From: Octopus sinensis | Lineage: Eukaryota | Reading direction: 5' to 3' | Length of the DNA: 64,000 nucleotides | Assembly (NCBI RefSeq): GCF_006345805.1 | Contig: NC_043006.1 | Span: forward strand, 82,956,001 to 83,020,000 | In this document: one piece after another, positions 40,320 to 53,683 of the stretch | Numbering within the stretch: position 1 is the stretch's first letter | How the letters are laid out: each line of letters starts with the position of its first letter | Notes under the pieces: model-generated | What the model was told of the DNA's origin: nothing | What the model saw: the letters and a program-made list of their open reading frames with translations, nothing else | Database searches by the model: none | Position numbers and translations under genes: made by a program

Positions 40320-40725
40320 CTAGCAGTATCGCCCGGCGTTGCTCGGGTTGTAAGGGAAATAACTATATAAGCATTTTTAGAGTGTTATAGTCAAAAGGTA
40401 GCAAAAAAATAGCAAAAAATGCATTAAAAATGGAAAAAAAATGATGGTAATTTTTTTTTAAATCGTTGACTCATCTTAGACATTTTTAGAGAGTTACTTC
40501 CCTTCTATAATAGCGAAAAAAATGCATTAAAATGGAAAAAAATTATGGTAAATTTTTTTTAAATCGTAGACTCATCGTAGACGCGCGCTAATACCCAGAA
40601 GGGCTCGATATGAATCACGACTATAAGATACCCGCTTTTGGTTAAACTGCACCGCAAAATGTTTGAGTAGTTAGGAATCTAAATCGTAGGAGACAGACAC
40701 ACAGCTTGACTTTTATATATAAATA
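40320..40725 (-). mobile_element. Non-autonomous Helitron-like element with internal ~100-bp duplication
   Basis: 3' end cccgagcaacgccgggcgatactgCTAG|T (GC hairpin plus CTAG) and 5' end atatataaaagtcaagctgtgtgtctg. The segment aaaaaatgcattaaaa..aaatcgt.gactcatc.tagac occurs twice. Confidence 0.7.
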
Positions 40726-40817
40726 TATATGTGTGTGTGTGTGTGTGTGTAGGTATGTATATATTAACCAATATATATTTATAGCTAGCTACCTACCTAC
40801 ATACATACATAAATAGC

Positions 40818-40883
<66 letters not shown>

Positions 40884-40924
40884 TAGATATAGATATAGAT
40901 ATGTATTATGTTGGCCGAGTCAGC

Positions 40925-41467
40925 CTCCTGCTGGCCTGAGTTTCACCTGTAGGCTCGCAACATCTTCAGTCAAGTTGTGGCTGAAGATTCTATGTGCTTA
41001 CAGGTTGAAACTCATCATAATTTCTATAGGAGAGATTAATCTTGCATTAAGAAACAATCCACTTTAATGTTCCAACATTTCAGTTGAAAACTGAATTTAG
41101 ATGTGATGTTTCAAATAATGTTTGATTAGAAGAGATCTCTGTCAATGAACTCGAGATAAATAGTGGAGTATTAAATCCATTCAGTCGGAAGGTGGTGTCC
41201 CTTTACAATTTTTCAGCAAATATTTCTCAAAATGTCTGTATTTATTGAAGTTGTTTGTTGTGATATTCAAACATTCTACATACATGCTGAAGTTTTTTTT
41301 TTTCATGAAATGTACATGTGTGGTAAGTAGCTTGCTAACCAACCATATGGTTCCGGGTTCAGTCCCACTGCGTGGCATCTTGGGCAAGTGTCTTCTGCTA
41401 TAGCCCCGGGCCGACCAATGCATTGTGAGTGGATTTGGTAGATGGAAACTGAAAGAAGCCTGTCGTA

Positions 41468-41527
<60 letters not shown>

Positions 41528-42830
41528 TGTGTGTGTATGTGTTTGTGTGTCTGTGTTTGTCTCCCTAGCATTGCTTGACAACCGATGCTGGTGTGTTTAC
41601 GTCCCCGTCACTTAGCGGTTCAGCAAAAGAGACCGATAGAATAAGTACTGGGCTTACAAAGAATAAGTCCCGGGGTCGATTTGCTCGACTATATGTGGTG
41701 CTCCAGCATGGCCGCTGTCAAATGACTGAAACAAGTAAAAAATAAAAGAGTATTCTACGTTTTCTTTCAGTTTTTGTATGGTTTATATCTTTCGAGTGCC
41801 TTATATTTTATGTCAAATGCTGTTGTTTCAAAATCCGTCGATAATTTGATAATTTAGTTACACCCCTCTTCTTGAGATAAGAAGTGTTTGAAATAGCATT
41901 GTTTTAATATACTTACCGATGTAAGATTTACACCCGGAATTTACTCTTGGTTTTATGGAGATAGCCTCTCCCTAGAAGACAATTGCTTCAATGTTGTATG
42001 ACTTATTAAGAGGGCATAAGAATTTAGTATTGTATATACAATTTATCTTGGCTAATTCGTTGCATTATTTGTAATTATTTCTTTCAAGTTAGAGGTACTG
42101 CTAAGTTTTGTTATGGTGATTAACGACAAAATGTTTATTATTGCAGGAAAATTAACCACTTTGTTGCATTCAAACAAAAAGATGTTGACGGCGTCTTTTT
42201 CTCTTAGAGGGTGGTAAGTTGTTAGGGCAGCTTTTAATGCCTTTTTTTAGTCAAAATTTCTTAAATCCTCAATTATTCTTTTACCGATATTATTAATTAA
42301 ATATTTTAAAACTATAGCTCAGTGTCAGGATTAAATAGCGATTTATATAAACTTTTAGTTAGGTTTGCTGCATGGGTTAGTCTGATTCTGTTAATGTTGG
42401 GAGTAGCATTTAAGAAATTTACAATAGTGGCACTTGTTATTTTCAGGACGAATTGATTGGAGGTGTTAAATTTTAATCAGGTTAATGTATGACCATTAGA
42501 ATGCTATGATATGGCCAACCCGTCATTTCTTTACAAACCTATTATGTGGTTGTGAATTTCTTTATTTTACTGCAAGCTAGCATGATCAAGTATTCATGCA
42601 CTGTTGAATGATCCAACTCTGACGTGGAGACAACTGATAAGGTCTGATTTGTTTTTAAATTGTACGACATTTTATTCGGAGATAATCAGTTTTTCTAGGC
42701 GTGTATCCCTGTCACCTATAGGGTTCTATACCTTAATAAATTTTACCATGCTGATGAGTAATAATATTGAAGCAGAGAGACAAAACTCAACAGAATAGAA
42801 CCAGATAAATAGGAAATAATTTTTATTGTT
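40925..42830 (-). mobile_element. Heavily decayed Penelope-like element (RT plus GIY-YIG), interrupted by a SINE
   Basis: Minus-strand relics: LHVRVGSFNSA*ILDHASL (cf. FDVTMGSFDGAEICELVGL, ~42570-42630), IGL*RNDGLAI (cf. GLYRDDGL, ~42510-42542), CPLNKSYNIEAIVF and KSYIG (GIY-YIG, ~41915-42016), and TKLSNYRRILK. Confidence 0.7.
41318..41752 (+). mobile_element. SINE family A, near full length
   Basis: Complete head/body/TA/tail organisation. Inserted within the PLE relic. Confidence 0.9.
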
Positions 42831-43561
42831 ATACGTTTAAAATATAAAATGGCAGTACTATCTTTAGTTTACTACTGTAAATAAAATTGAGACTTGTATA
42901 GAATAAGTCATGTATATATAAACAATATTGATACAGATATGCACACGTGTATATTTCTTTAGTCATTTTATATTCGTGTTTATATACACGTGTATAAATA
43001 TACATACAAATATGTTCTCATACTTAAAGGTAAAGTTATGCATATAGCCACAGGCATGCAGAAACGTAGGTATACACACGCATGCCTAGACAGACTCACT
43101 CAAAATCACACTCATGCACGTTTGTATACACATATGCCTTATGTATGTATGTATGTATGTATGTATGTATGTATGTATGTATGTATGTATGTATGCAAAT
43201 TCAACCATTACAAACACTCGGAGGGTAATACAATTTACGCGCATATCTATCCATCCATCTATCTGTCAAGCTCCCTCTCTCCCTCTGTTTCTCTCTCCTT
43301 CTCCTTTCTCTCCTTCTCCTTTCTCTCCTTCTCTCTCCTTTCTCTCTTTCTCTCGCTCCACACACACACACACACACATAAATATTCACACACAGACATA
43401 TGCATACATAGAAATGCTACTATGCAAACATGCACATATCTGTGAACCGAATCAAGTGCACTTAGGTTGTAAGTCATGATACATAAAGAGATGCTTTTGA
43501 GATTTTTTACATATGTATTATATATTATATAATATTATATATATGTATATATATTATATCC

Positions 43562-43640
<79 letters not shown>

Positions 43641-43978
43641 ACAACATATGTGTGTTAAATACATATATGCATATATACATAACATTATTACATACGGATT
43701 AATCTCATAACTATATATGTGTATATATATATGCGTGTGTGTGTGAATGTATGTATGTATGTATATAAATCTATGTGTGTCTGTATATGTAGATATTTAT
43801 ATTTTTATATATACACATCTATAACTGTTTATATAACAAGCACTTTTATGATTTTTTAAACCGATATATAACACATATACATACACATAATGCATATATA
43901 CATAAGTATATATATATATGTGTATATATATAAAATATATATATATGTATATATATATATATATGTATGTATTATATT

Positions 43979-44069
<91 letters not shown>

Positions 44070-44498
44070 TCTATGTAGATTTTATATACTTACACTTGCA
44101 TATATTTCATATAGATTTCCATATTTTTTGTTAATGCATGTAAGTCGAAATCCTTGCCTTTCTGTCTTAAAGGAAGCGATGAAAAGGTATTTAACACACC
44201 GTTATACTTACCATCCATCATTCCATGTTATTTTTACGGTTTGTCGGACCAAACCTCACGCGATCCAGCACCCAGAGTATAAAATAGCAGAACGATTTTC
44301 TTCCTTTGAAGTGTGTATAAGACATTAAAAGATAAAAAGAACAAAAAGAACATTGATTTTTTATACGTATACACACCACACACATATATTATACCTACAA
44401 ACATTATATATATATATTATATATATATATATAATTATATATATAAAACATACAGACATATATATAAATATGCATATACATATATATACATGTGCGTC

Positions 44499-44568
<70 letters not shown>

Positions 44569-44907
44569 TATTATTATATATATGATGTACAAGGAATTTG
44601 AAAGAACTCTTATATAAAATAGTCTTTCTTTTGCTTTCTTTTATCCAGTTAATATAGATATTTACTTATATATGTATTTATTTATCCCTATTCTCATCAT
44701 TAATAATATTTTTTTTTCTGACGAGGCAGATTCTTCAACATTACTTTAAGCATAGATACGTGCACATTAAGATTCATATATCAAAAAATTTGCTACGAAT
44801 ATTCGTATATCGGATAATACATAATATTCTGGATAAGAAATGGAGAAGAAAACAGAAATGTAACTCGATGTAATAACTTCCTAGGTATCTATCTCTTCGC
44901 ACCCATG

Positions 44908-44941
<34 letters not shown>

Positions 44942-44953
44942 GCATGTGTGCGA

Positions 44954-45004
<51 letters not shown>

Positions 45005-45337
45005 TGTGTCTGTGTGCGGTGTGTAGGTGTTATGTAGGTAGGGTTAAAATTGCAAGCTGTGTCCTCTTAAAGTATATCTGCTAATTCCCCTATTCCAAGT
45101 CCATATATAGATTTAATACTTGAGTGAGGTATGCATAAGAGTTGAAAATTCTGTGAAATATTTTTTGCAGAATAGTTATATAACAAAACAGGAGATTGGA
45201 AAAATATTTGTATTATTTATTCACCATGTGTCATGTTTCATTTTATAAGGAGTTACAATAATTTTTTGTAATTGAAATATATTAACATATCTCCTATTTA
45301 AAATTCTGCAGACAGAGAATCAAATAATATTAAAGAC

Positions 45338-45413
<76 letters not shown>

Positions 45414-45569
45414 AGAGGTTGATGTCATAAGTGTACGCGCATACACATTAATACATATACATTTATATATGTGTTTGTATTTGTGTGTGATGCGACACAC
45501 ATCCTACACAAGCTTTCTGTATAATAACGTAGTACACAATCTACCTGATTTGAAATAAATGCAACTTAT

Positions 45570-46560
45570 CGGCGCAGGTGCGGCTGTATAGAAAGAAGCT
45601 TGCTTCCAAAACACATGGTTCCCAGCATGGACGTAGTCCAATGATTGAAACAAGCTTAAAAAGAAAGACATTCTGTTATCCTTCTATTCTCTTATATGTT
45701 TCAGTCATTTGACTTTGGTCATGCTGGAGCACCGCTTTAATAAAAATCAAATAAAAATCAAGTTCTGACAACTAGGTTACTAGAAAGCCCCAAAACCTTA
45801 GCAAAGTAATGAAAACAATGTAATTTTTAAAATCTTGTTAAATATAAACCTTAGTATCGAACTTGCTTTCAATAAAACACTCCAACTGGTTATATTTCAC
45901 TTCCTTGTTATAGCTAATTTGTTGTTGTTTGCTTAACATGCTCGCTTTGCAATTACATGGTTTCAGTTTCAGGCCCACTGCGCATTGCCTTTGATAAAAT
46001 GTCTTTTACTATAGCCCTCGGCCGTGAATTCGTGGAACCCCATCGTATATATGTAAATATGCGTATGTGTATGTATGTGTATCCTTGTGTTAGTGCTTGT
46101 CCTCATCCACAGCCCACCACTTGACAACTGCTATTGGTTTGTTTACATCTCCGTAATCTAACGTTTCGACAAGAGAGACTAATAGAATAATTGCAAGGCT
46201 TAAAACAACTACTGGGGGCGATGTGTACGACTAAATCCCATTAGTCTGGTGGTTCAGCATTACCGCAGTCCAATGACTGAAGCTAGCAAAAGATAAACCT
46301 ATGCATGGTAATGTAGCTCAGTGGTAACCCATTAGTTCTCTGGTTTAATGAATTTCGAAATATCTGTGGGAATTTGTGCCTAAAGTTATTTGTCGGTTTT
46401 TTATAAAATCACTGAATTTTTTAAAATTTTAATCCCTTTCGTAATCATGTGATTTCTGGTTAGATCCCACTCTGAAACCCTTTCGGCTTAGGTTGTCTAT
46501 TATAGCCTCGATTAAATCACGAAGTGTTCGTGACTGAAATTTTCATAGAAGCCTGTCCGA
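45570..46560. mobile_element. Cluster of old SINE family A fragments
   Basis: Diverged head and tail motifs at ~45570-45670 (+), 45685-45740 (-), 45930-46300 (+) and 46445-46560 (+). Confidence 0.6.
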
Positions 46561-46834
46561 TGGCCTCCACCTCTTTTTCAGTGATAAAGGTAATCCGTTA
46601 TCCCTAAACCATCAAACACTGCCATCTGACCCCTGGGAAATCTTTAGAGGTCTCTACTCTGTTGGGTCATACATCTTGTTCATAACATTTCCAAAGAGAA
46701 AATCGAGAAGAAGGTTTCTAGACAATTCCCAAGAGTTGGACAGAGCTGCTTCTCTTTTTGTTTCCTGCCGCGATCTAACTCCACTTATATCAACACCTCG
46801 TGGATCTTTTTGTTAAAGAGTGATTAAACTGATT

Positions 46835-47010
46835 TTAGATTTCGGCAAAAGGCCAGCAATTTCGGGGGATGGGTAAGTCGATAACATTCATTCAACTGTT
46901 CAAGTGGTACTTATTTTATCGACAACGAAAGGATGAAGGACAAAGCCGACCTCGGCGGAATTTGAACATAAAGACGAATGAAATACTGCTAAGCATTTGC
47001 CGCCTTAAGG
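46835..47010 (-). mobile_element. SINE family B
   Basis: ggtacttattttatcgac..aaaggatgaa..gacctcggcggaatttgaac. Confidence 0.75.
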
Positions 47011-47714
47011 AGTAATTAAATTAATCACTTATTTAAACCATCAATTTAAAAAAAAATTATTGTGAGTTTGAAAGGTATTCCAACTTTGCATTGTTTAAAA
47101 GTGGGTGATACCTAAACAAAAAAAGTTTACTAAACACTGGTCCAAGCAATGGGATTCTATATAGACGCCGTTGGAAGATTGCTAATAGAGATTGCCGCCA
47201 TGATGGACAACAAACCGTGCAAAGGTTATGTGTAGTAGAGTTGGGTATATTTTTAATATTTTAGAATAATTTGATGCATATCCTTAATTTATTCCGTTTC
47301 TAGTCGTAAATCGTAAAATATTACTGGAAATTCGTTCTCAGAGATTGAAGTAATTGTATACATTTAATTCTAATTGGAAAATAACACTATAAATTTATTC
47401 TCAGTGAGTTAAATGATTGAATATATTTATTTCTTGAGAGTAAAATGCTTGTGTTAACTTGAAATTGCCCAAAACTTAAATGTAATTTATTAGCTATAAT
47501 TACATTATTAAAACGCTTGTAAAACAAGAAATTATTATATAATCGACAGAGCAAAAACTTATATGACATTAATACAGATTGAATTTAAGATAGGCATAAA
47601 TTCATTGTTGGATGCCTCGGTAACAAAAATATTAAGCATAATTAAATAGAATATGAATTTATAATTAAGTATAATGAAAAAATCACAGAATTACAAAGAC
47701 TTCGGTAAGTAAGG

Positions 47715-48170
47715 GTTTCAAATTTTGGTAAAGGGCCAGCAGTTCTAGTAGGCGGAGGCTAGTCGATTACATCAACTCCAATATTTGACTGGTAATTTAT
47801 CTTATTGATTCCGACAGGATGAAAGACGAAGTCAACCTTAGTGGGATTTAAACTCCGAACGGAAAGAGCCGGAAGAAATACCGTTATGTATTTTGTCCGG
47901 TCTGCTAACTGTTCTGTCAGATTGCCACCTTAGACTTACGTAAATAACGATCGATTTTATTATTAGGGGTTGACTGGAAGACAGCGAGCTGGTAGAATAT
48001 TTAGCACGGTGGATGAAGTGTTTAGTGGTATTTCGTCCGTCTTTACCTTTTAAGATAGAATTTGCCTTTCACACTTCGAGAGTCGAGTCAAGTACTGGGG
48101 TTGATACAACCAATTAACACCCTCCCACAAAATTTCAGGTCTTGAGTCTACAGTAGAAAGGATTATTAAG
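47715..48170. mobile_element. Two diverged SINE family B copies head to head (- ~47715-47932; + ~47978-48170)
   Basis: Family motifs present in opposite orientations. Confidence 0.65.
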
Positions 48171-48234
48171 GTAGTCTTTTTCTCATTACGAAGTTGTAAT
48201 CCGATGTTTTGAATTTTCCAAACCTAAGAAGAGC

Positions 48235-48545
48235 AGCCCCTCTGACTTCGCCAGCATATCCTAATGTACACATTTTCATTATCTTAAATATGGTGGAAAT
48301 AGCTTGTCATTACCAGTAACCTTCCTCAAGACATTGAACTCCTACCCCACTCTTAAAAAAAGCAGTATTGTTTTCATAAGACTGGCTCTACCACAAACCT
48401 ACTCTTCAATGCCATTCACTACTGGATTATCACAATCTAAAACCCTAATGGAAACCAACTTTGTTATACTTGAGATCAACAACTCTTTCGACCGTCTCTG
48501 GCAGCGTGATTCTTTCGTCAAGATAACCCGATATCAACTCCATTT
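48235..48545 (+). pseudogene. CR1/Jockey-type LINE reverse transcriptase relic
   Basis: QYCFHKTGSTTNLL..IHYW (cf. QYGFRxxRSTxDLL) and ETNFVILEINNSFDRLWQ..FVKI (cf. VALDISKAFDRVWH..LLxKL), with frameshifts. Confidence 0.7.
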
Positions 48546-48993
48546 GCGTGCGCGCTTGTGTATAAGCATATATTATTTAGGTTTTTGTCATGGGTTCCCC
48601 GAGCTGTGTCAAACATATTAACACTACCTGAGTCTTTTAAGTCATGTTTTAGGACAATCGTAAACCATACAAGTAGGGCGTTACTGTTTGCCGAGATGTA
48701 TCCAGTTGTTGGTGGTTTGTCTAATAGTTCTTGTAGGAATTTGTCCAGGTACCTTTTTGAACATATATATTCGTGGGGGGGGGGGCTGCGTACGTGTATC
48801 TCTGCATTTATGTAAATGTGTATTGTGCCTTCTACAACAGATGTGTAGGTGTACAGGACCGTTTAAAATTGTGTCTATACACATTTTATTCTACAGTTGT
48901 GCGAGATTGACTCACCACAGATCTGTAACTAAAAATTTCAGTCTCATATACATGTATAGACATAGATGCATAACACACACACAGACACTCACG

Positions 48994-49045
<52 letters not shown>

Positions 49046-49914
49046 AACATATATACATACATACACATATATGTATATATGTACGTGTGTGTGTATATAT
49101 AAAGAAGCACTTTTGCTCAACATACATAACACATACACAAACACACACATATGCATACATGCATACATACATACATACACATATATGTATGTGTGTGTGT
49201 GTGTGTATAAAAAGAAACACTTTTGCTCAACAGATCGGATTACATAGATATACTTTTCTCACGGAATTTACCTTCGACAATCATGGCTGACATAAATAAC
49301 GACGCCAAGACATTTAACAACACAACTTAACACAAAATTTGCAACTTAACTAAGACGGTGTCAGCATCTCGTTCGTTTCACTTGGTATTTACATATGAAC
49401 CAAGATTTGTTCTAGTACTATCAATAATCCAGTGAAAATCTTTTTATCGGGTATATAGAGGGGTTAAAGAATTACTGAGACAAAATTTGAAACTAATCAC
49501 AGCTTAGTATCTTCGATAACTGATGTGTTTTGTTGTCCGATAAATGGCTACTACAGTTAGCAAACGTTAATCTATGATGTCTGTTAGTGCTCTCCCACTA
49601 TCTAAATCCTGCCAAAAACTGTCACACTAGAGAGAGATGATGGTTTAAACAAGTTGTCGATTTTGTCGGCGCCACTGTTGCTTGCATGCATGTACATCTG
49701 TTAAAAGAAAAACTGACATAGCTGTCTGTAGTGACTTTTCATTTGAACGTCATTAGAAAGAGAGCACGCAAGATTAATTGCCCTGATAATTAGATTATAA
49801 TTTACCTTTTTAACAGGCTCTTTCCCGTAGGGTAAGTGTCTTCTACTGTAGCCCCTGTCCAACCAACGTCCTCGCGTTGTTGTGTTTTCTCTTTGTGTTT
49901 TCATGTTTGGATTA

Positions 49915-49977
<63 letters not shown>

Positions 49978-49999
49978 GTATGTAAGTATGTATGTATGT

Positions 50000-50240
50000 G
50001 TGGCATCGTCCGTTTTTCTGTCCTTGCTTCGTATACATTCGATCCTTTTTCCAAGAAATCTAATGCTCGTAGCTTAGTTTTTCCTTGGGGCTGGCCGGAT
50101 CGGAGCGATCTCAAGATTAACCAGCCGAAATTGCGAGGATGATCCTGTTTTTGACTGAAGATTAGAGGCTTCGAATGACCCGTCCGTTTTTTTTGTGTCG
50201 TCTATTTGAATATTTTGCGTTCTTGTCCCATTTTGTATCT
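50000..50240 (+). repeat. Repeat family P2 copy
   Basis: Close match to 977-1195. Confidence 0.85.
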
Positions 50241-50303
50241 TTATATATACTTTTTATACATATACACACACACGCACACACACACGCACACACACACACA
50301 CAC

Positions 50304-50349
<46 letters not shown>

Positions 50350-50849
50350 ATATATATATATATATATAATATATGTATGTATGTATATATATATGCATAT
50401 ATATATGTATATATATATATATATATTGTGTGTGTGTGTGTGTGTGTGTGTATACACGGGGCTGCATGTATCTGTGCATGTATGCATATGGCTGTCTGTT
50501 TTTTTTTTGTACCTACACTACTTGACAACGGGCGTTGGTTTGCTTACATCGTCGTAACTTACCAATTTGCCAAGTCTTCTTACTGAGAAGAATTACAGGA
50601 ATAGATTTGTCCGACCGAACTCTTTAAGGCATCTCTCCAACTTGTCCACCATCCAGTGACAGAAACGAATACTAGAATGAAATAAATATTGTCGAGCTTA
50701 CATTACGCTTTCGACGACCACCGATGAGCGCATGCCATTCACTTCCTGGCAGATGTGTGTGGTTTTTCAGCAACTTTTTAGAGGAAGAGATAGATGAGAG
50801 GTGATTAACTTAAAAGGCAATTCCGACGGGATCTTTTGTCGTTTCTCTT

Positions 50850-51142
50850 GTTTGTTTGTTTGTTTGTTTGTTGAGCGAAGCGGTCTTCGTTCCAGAGTGT
50901 CTGTAGTGGGAGAAGTCCGAAACGTGGTCCTTTGCTATTCGTAAGACCCGTAGAAGAGAAAGCAGGTTAACCCCCGACACCGAGGACATCGAGGGATGGA
51001 TGAATGCGCATCCAGGCTCAGCGGTTGCGTAGAAAGTCGGGGACAAGAAACAGGAAGAAACAGTGAGAGAAAGTTGGAGCGAAAGATTACAACAGGGGTC
51101 GCCACCACCACCTGCCGGAGCCTCGTGGAGCTTTAGGTATTT
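50850..51142 (-). mobile_element. SINE related to family C (shared body, different 3' tail ending in (CAAA)n)
   Basis: acctaaagctccacgaggctccggcagg...ctttctctcact..cttcctgtttc is shared with 63770-63865, after which the sequence is unrelated. Confidence 0.7.
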
Positions 51143-51755
51143 GCCGTAGCTCTTGCCATGAGAGATGACGCTCTGTGAATGGTTGATGGTGTTTGCCGTT
51201 GCTCTTGCCATGAGAGATGACGCTCTGTGAAAGGTTGATAAAAGCAACCAAGACTTGAGAGGAACTGGATGATTGTCAGAGAGAAAAATCTCTGGTTTTA
51301 AATTTATATTAACGTGACAGATTAGTTGCAATACTAGATTTTTGTTTCCAGACGTCTAATGGATACTGCCAGTTGAGTGGGAAGATTTTCAGCGTTGTTT
51401 GTCCAGTAATGTCAATTTTATATACGTAGATTTCAAATTAAGCTTCCCTGTGCAAACAACATTAGACATAATAATACTCGAGTAAACACTAAATTAAAAT
51501 AATACACAAACATACTTATATTTGTGTGTATGTGTCTGTGTGTGTGTATGTGCGTCTGTGTGCACGTGCGTGTGAGTGTGCGCTTGCATTTGTATGTGCG
51601 TGTGTGTGTGTTTGTCAGTTCAATCTTCCTATACAGAAAAGCTAACCTTTTTTACTAAGAGACAAAACTTTATCATTGAAACGCTGAGAACAAAACAAGG
51701 GCCACAGATTAGCAGACTAGAGCATCTGATACGATCTTCTCTTTGACTCTCTTTA

Positions 51756-51793
<38 letters not shown>

Positions 51794-51929
51794 ATCTAGA
51801 AGAAATCAGCTATAGCAAGGCCTTGGTTCTGGCGGGTCTAGAAATACCCAGGAAACACCGTACTATTTCATGACGATTTCATGGCCCAAGACAAGATAAG
51901 GTAACAAAGACGGTACCATTACATATATT

Positions 51930-52100
51930 GATGCAGGCTTCGCTACATGGTTAAGAGGCTCGACTCCCAGCCACATAGTTTCAGGTTCAGCGTCTTTGCG
52001 TGGCACCTTGAGCAAGAGTTTTCTGCAATAACCCTAGGCCCATAAAGGTCTTGTAAGTAAAATTTGGTAGACGAAAACTGTTTGGCTAAGCCATTGTATG
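51930..52100 (+). mobile_element. SINE family A 5' fragment (diverged)
   Basis: ggttcag..tgcgtggcaccttgagcaag..atttggtagacgaaaactg. Confidence 0.6.
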
Positions 52101-52176
52101 ATATATATCTGGACTGCCATGTTAACTTGGCGATAACTATTAATACCCAGTACTGCTGCCGTAATCTCCTTTTATA

Positions 52177-52210
<34 letters not shown>

Positions 52211-52215
<5 letters not shown>

Positions 52216-53051
52216 ACAAAGGGTAAAATTAATTAATTAAGAAGTAATCAATAAATTTCACCAAGTAGAATTCGGTATGAAAACAGGGCCGTTACACGGT
52301 AAATTTTAGTAATACTAATAAAAAGGGTTCAGCAAAGAATTGCCTCACCACACACCGAAGTTCAGAAATAGCAGCCAAAAATCTTAGCCATTTCTTCTAC
52401 TTTAAAAAGGGTCTTCTATTTCTGAACTTCGGTGTGTGGTGAGGCAATTCTTTGCTGAACCCTTTTTATTAGTATTCCTAAAATTTACCGTGTAACGGCC
52501 CTGTTTTCATACCAAATTCTACTTGGTGAAATTTATTGATTACTTCTTAATTAATTAATTTTACCCTTTGTTATTATTGATAATAGAACTTTCTCCCTGA
52601 GAACATGCTGCTGATTTTTTTCTGTAGCATTTTACTTGAAGACACACGTGGAAAGGCGGGGGAGGCTAAGCGATTCTCATTCATATTTTGAATTTGGCGG
52701 TACTAACATTGAAGATGAGCGGCTTAAAGCCGTTATATGGAAAGATTCGTTCAATTGTTCTAGTACCTTCGGATTATTACAGAAAATCCATACTGATGAA
52801 GAATATGGTTAGTAAAGTATATTTTTTTTATATTCTTTATATAAAAACCTAATTCAGAAACGCGCGTCTATGGATGATCGGATATTGATTGATTTTCGTT
52901 ACGTTACTCTCTGCCTGTGTAAATAACCTTCAAGTATTATGGTTTCTCTGGAAGACCCTTTTGAAAGTAGAAGAAATGGCTAAGATTTTTGGCTGCAATT
53001 TCTGAACTTCGGTGTGTGGTGAGGCAATTCTTTGCTGAACCCTTTTTATTA
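52211..53051 (+). mobile_element. PLE/retrozyme-like non-coding insertion: inverted arm plus ~1.1 copies of a 580-nt unit, in (TA)n
   Basis: 52211-52371 is the reverse complement of 52416-52576 (2 mismatches seen). Spacer 52372-52416 is the reverse complement of 52951-52995. 52418-52471 repeats at 52998-53051 (offset 580). The unit contains a hammerhead. Confidence 0.85.
52786..52875 (+). ncRNA. Canonical type I hammerhead ribozyme
   Basis: atccata CTGATGA a-gaat...attc-a GAAA cgcgcg TC tatggat. 7-bp helix I, intact core, palindromic ACGCGCGT helix III, GUC site (cleavage after 52868), long helix II insert. Confidence 0.85.
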
Positions 53052-53117
<66 letters not shown>

Positions 53118-53118
<1 letters not shown>

Positions 53119-53366
53119 ACAAAATGGGACAAGAACGCAAAACATCCAAATAGACGATACAAAAAGCACGAACGGGTCATTCGAAGCCTCTAATCTTCAT
53201 TCAAGAACCGGATCATCCTCGCAATTTCGGCTGAGATTGCTCCAATCTGGCCAGCCCCAGGGAAAAACTAAGCTACAAGCAGTATATTCCTTGGAAAAAG
53301 GATGGAATGTATACGAAACAAGGACAAAAAAACGGACGATGTTACACGAATATACAAATAAAAAAC

Positions 53367-53454
<88 letters not shown>

Positions 53455-53525
53455 GGACATAACAACAGGCGTCTTTCAACTCAGACGAATTGAATTCAGC
53501 TAGCGTATTTGAAAAATAAGGCCTT
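53118..53525 (-). repeat. Repeat family P2 copy with internal (TAA)n expansion
   Basis: Reverse complement matches 860-1195. The short ttatta segment of copy 1 is expanded to ~85 nt here. Confidence 0.8.
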
Positions 53526-53683
53526 TATATATAAATACATACATATATATTTATATTTTATATTTTTATATATACATACATACACACCTGCACGCACAAA
53601 CACATACGTACATACAAACGTACTTGCATACATCTACGTACACATACATAAATATACATACATGTTTCTGTGTGTGACTGTGT

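Noticed and set aside
47190-47230. Kozak-like gccgccATG followed by a short ORF and GT
   Set aside because: Only 8 codons, a weak donor (gttatg) and no downstream exon found.
48600-48780. Minus-strand TPYLYGL peptide resembling a PLE RT N-terminal motif
   Set aside because: The match is too short and the expected following PKxHK motif is absent.
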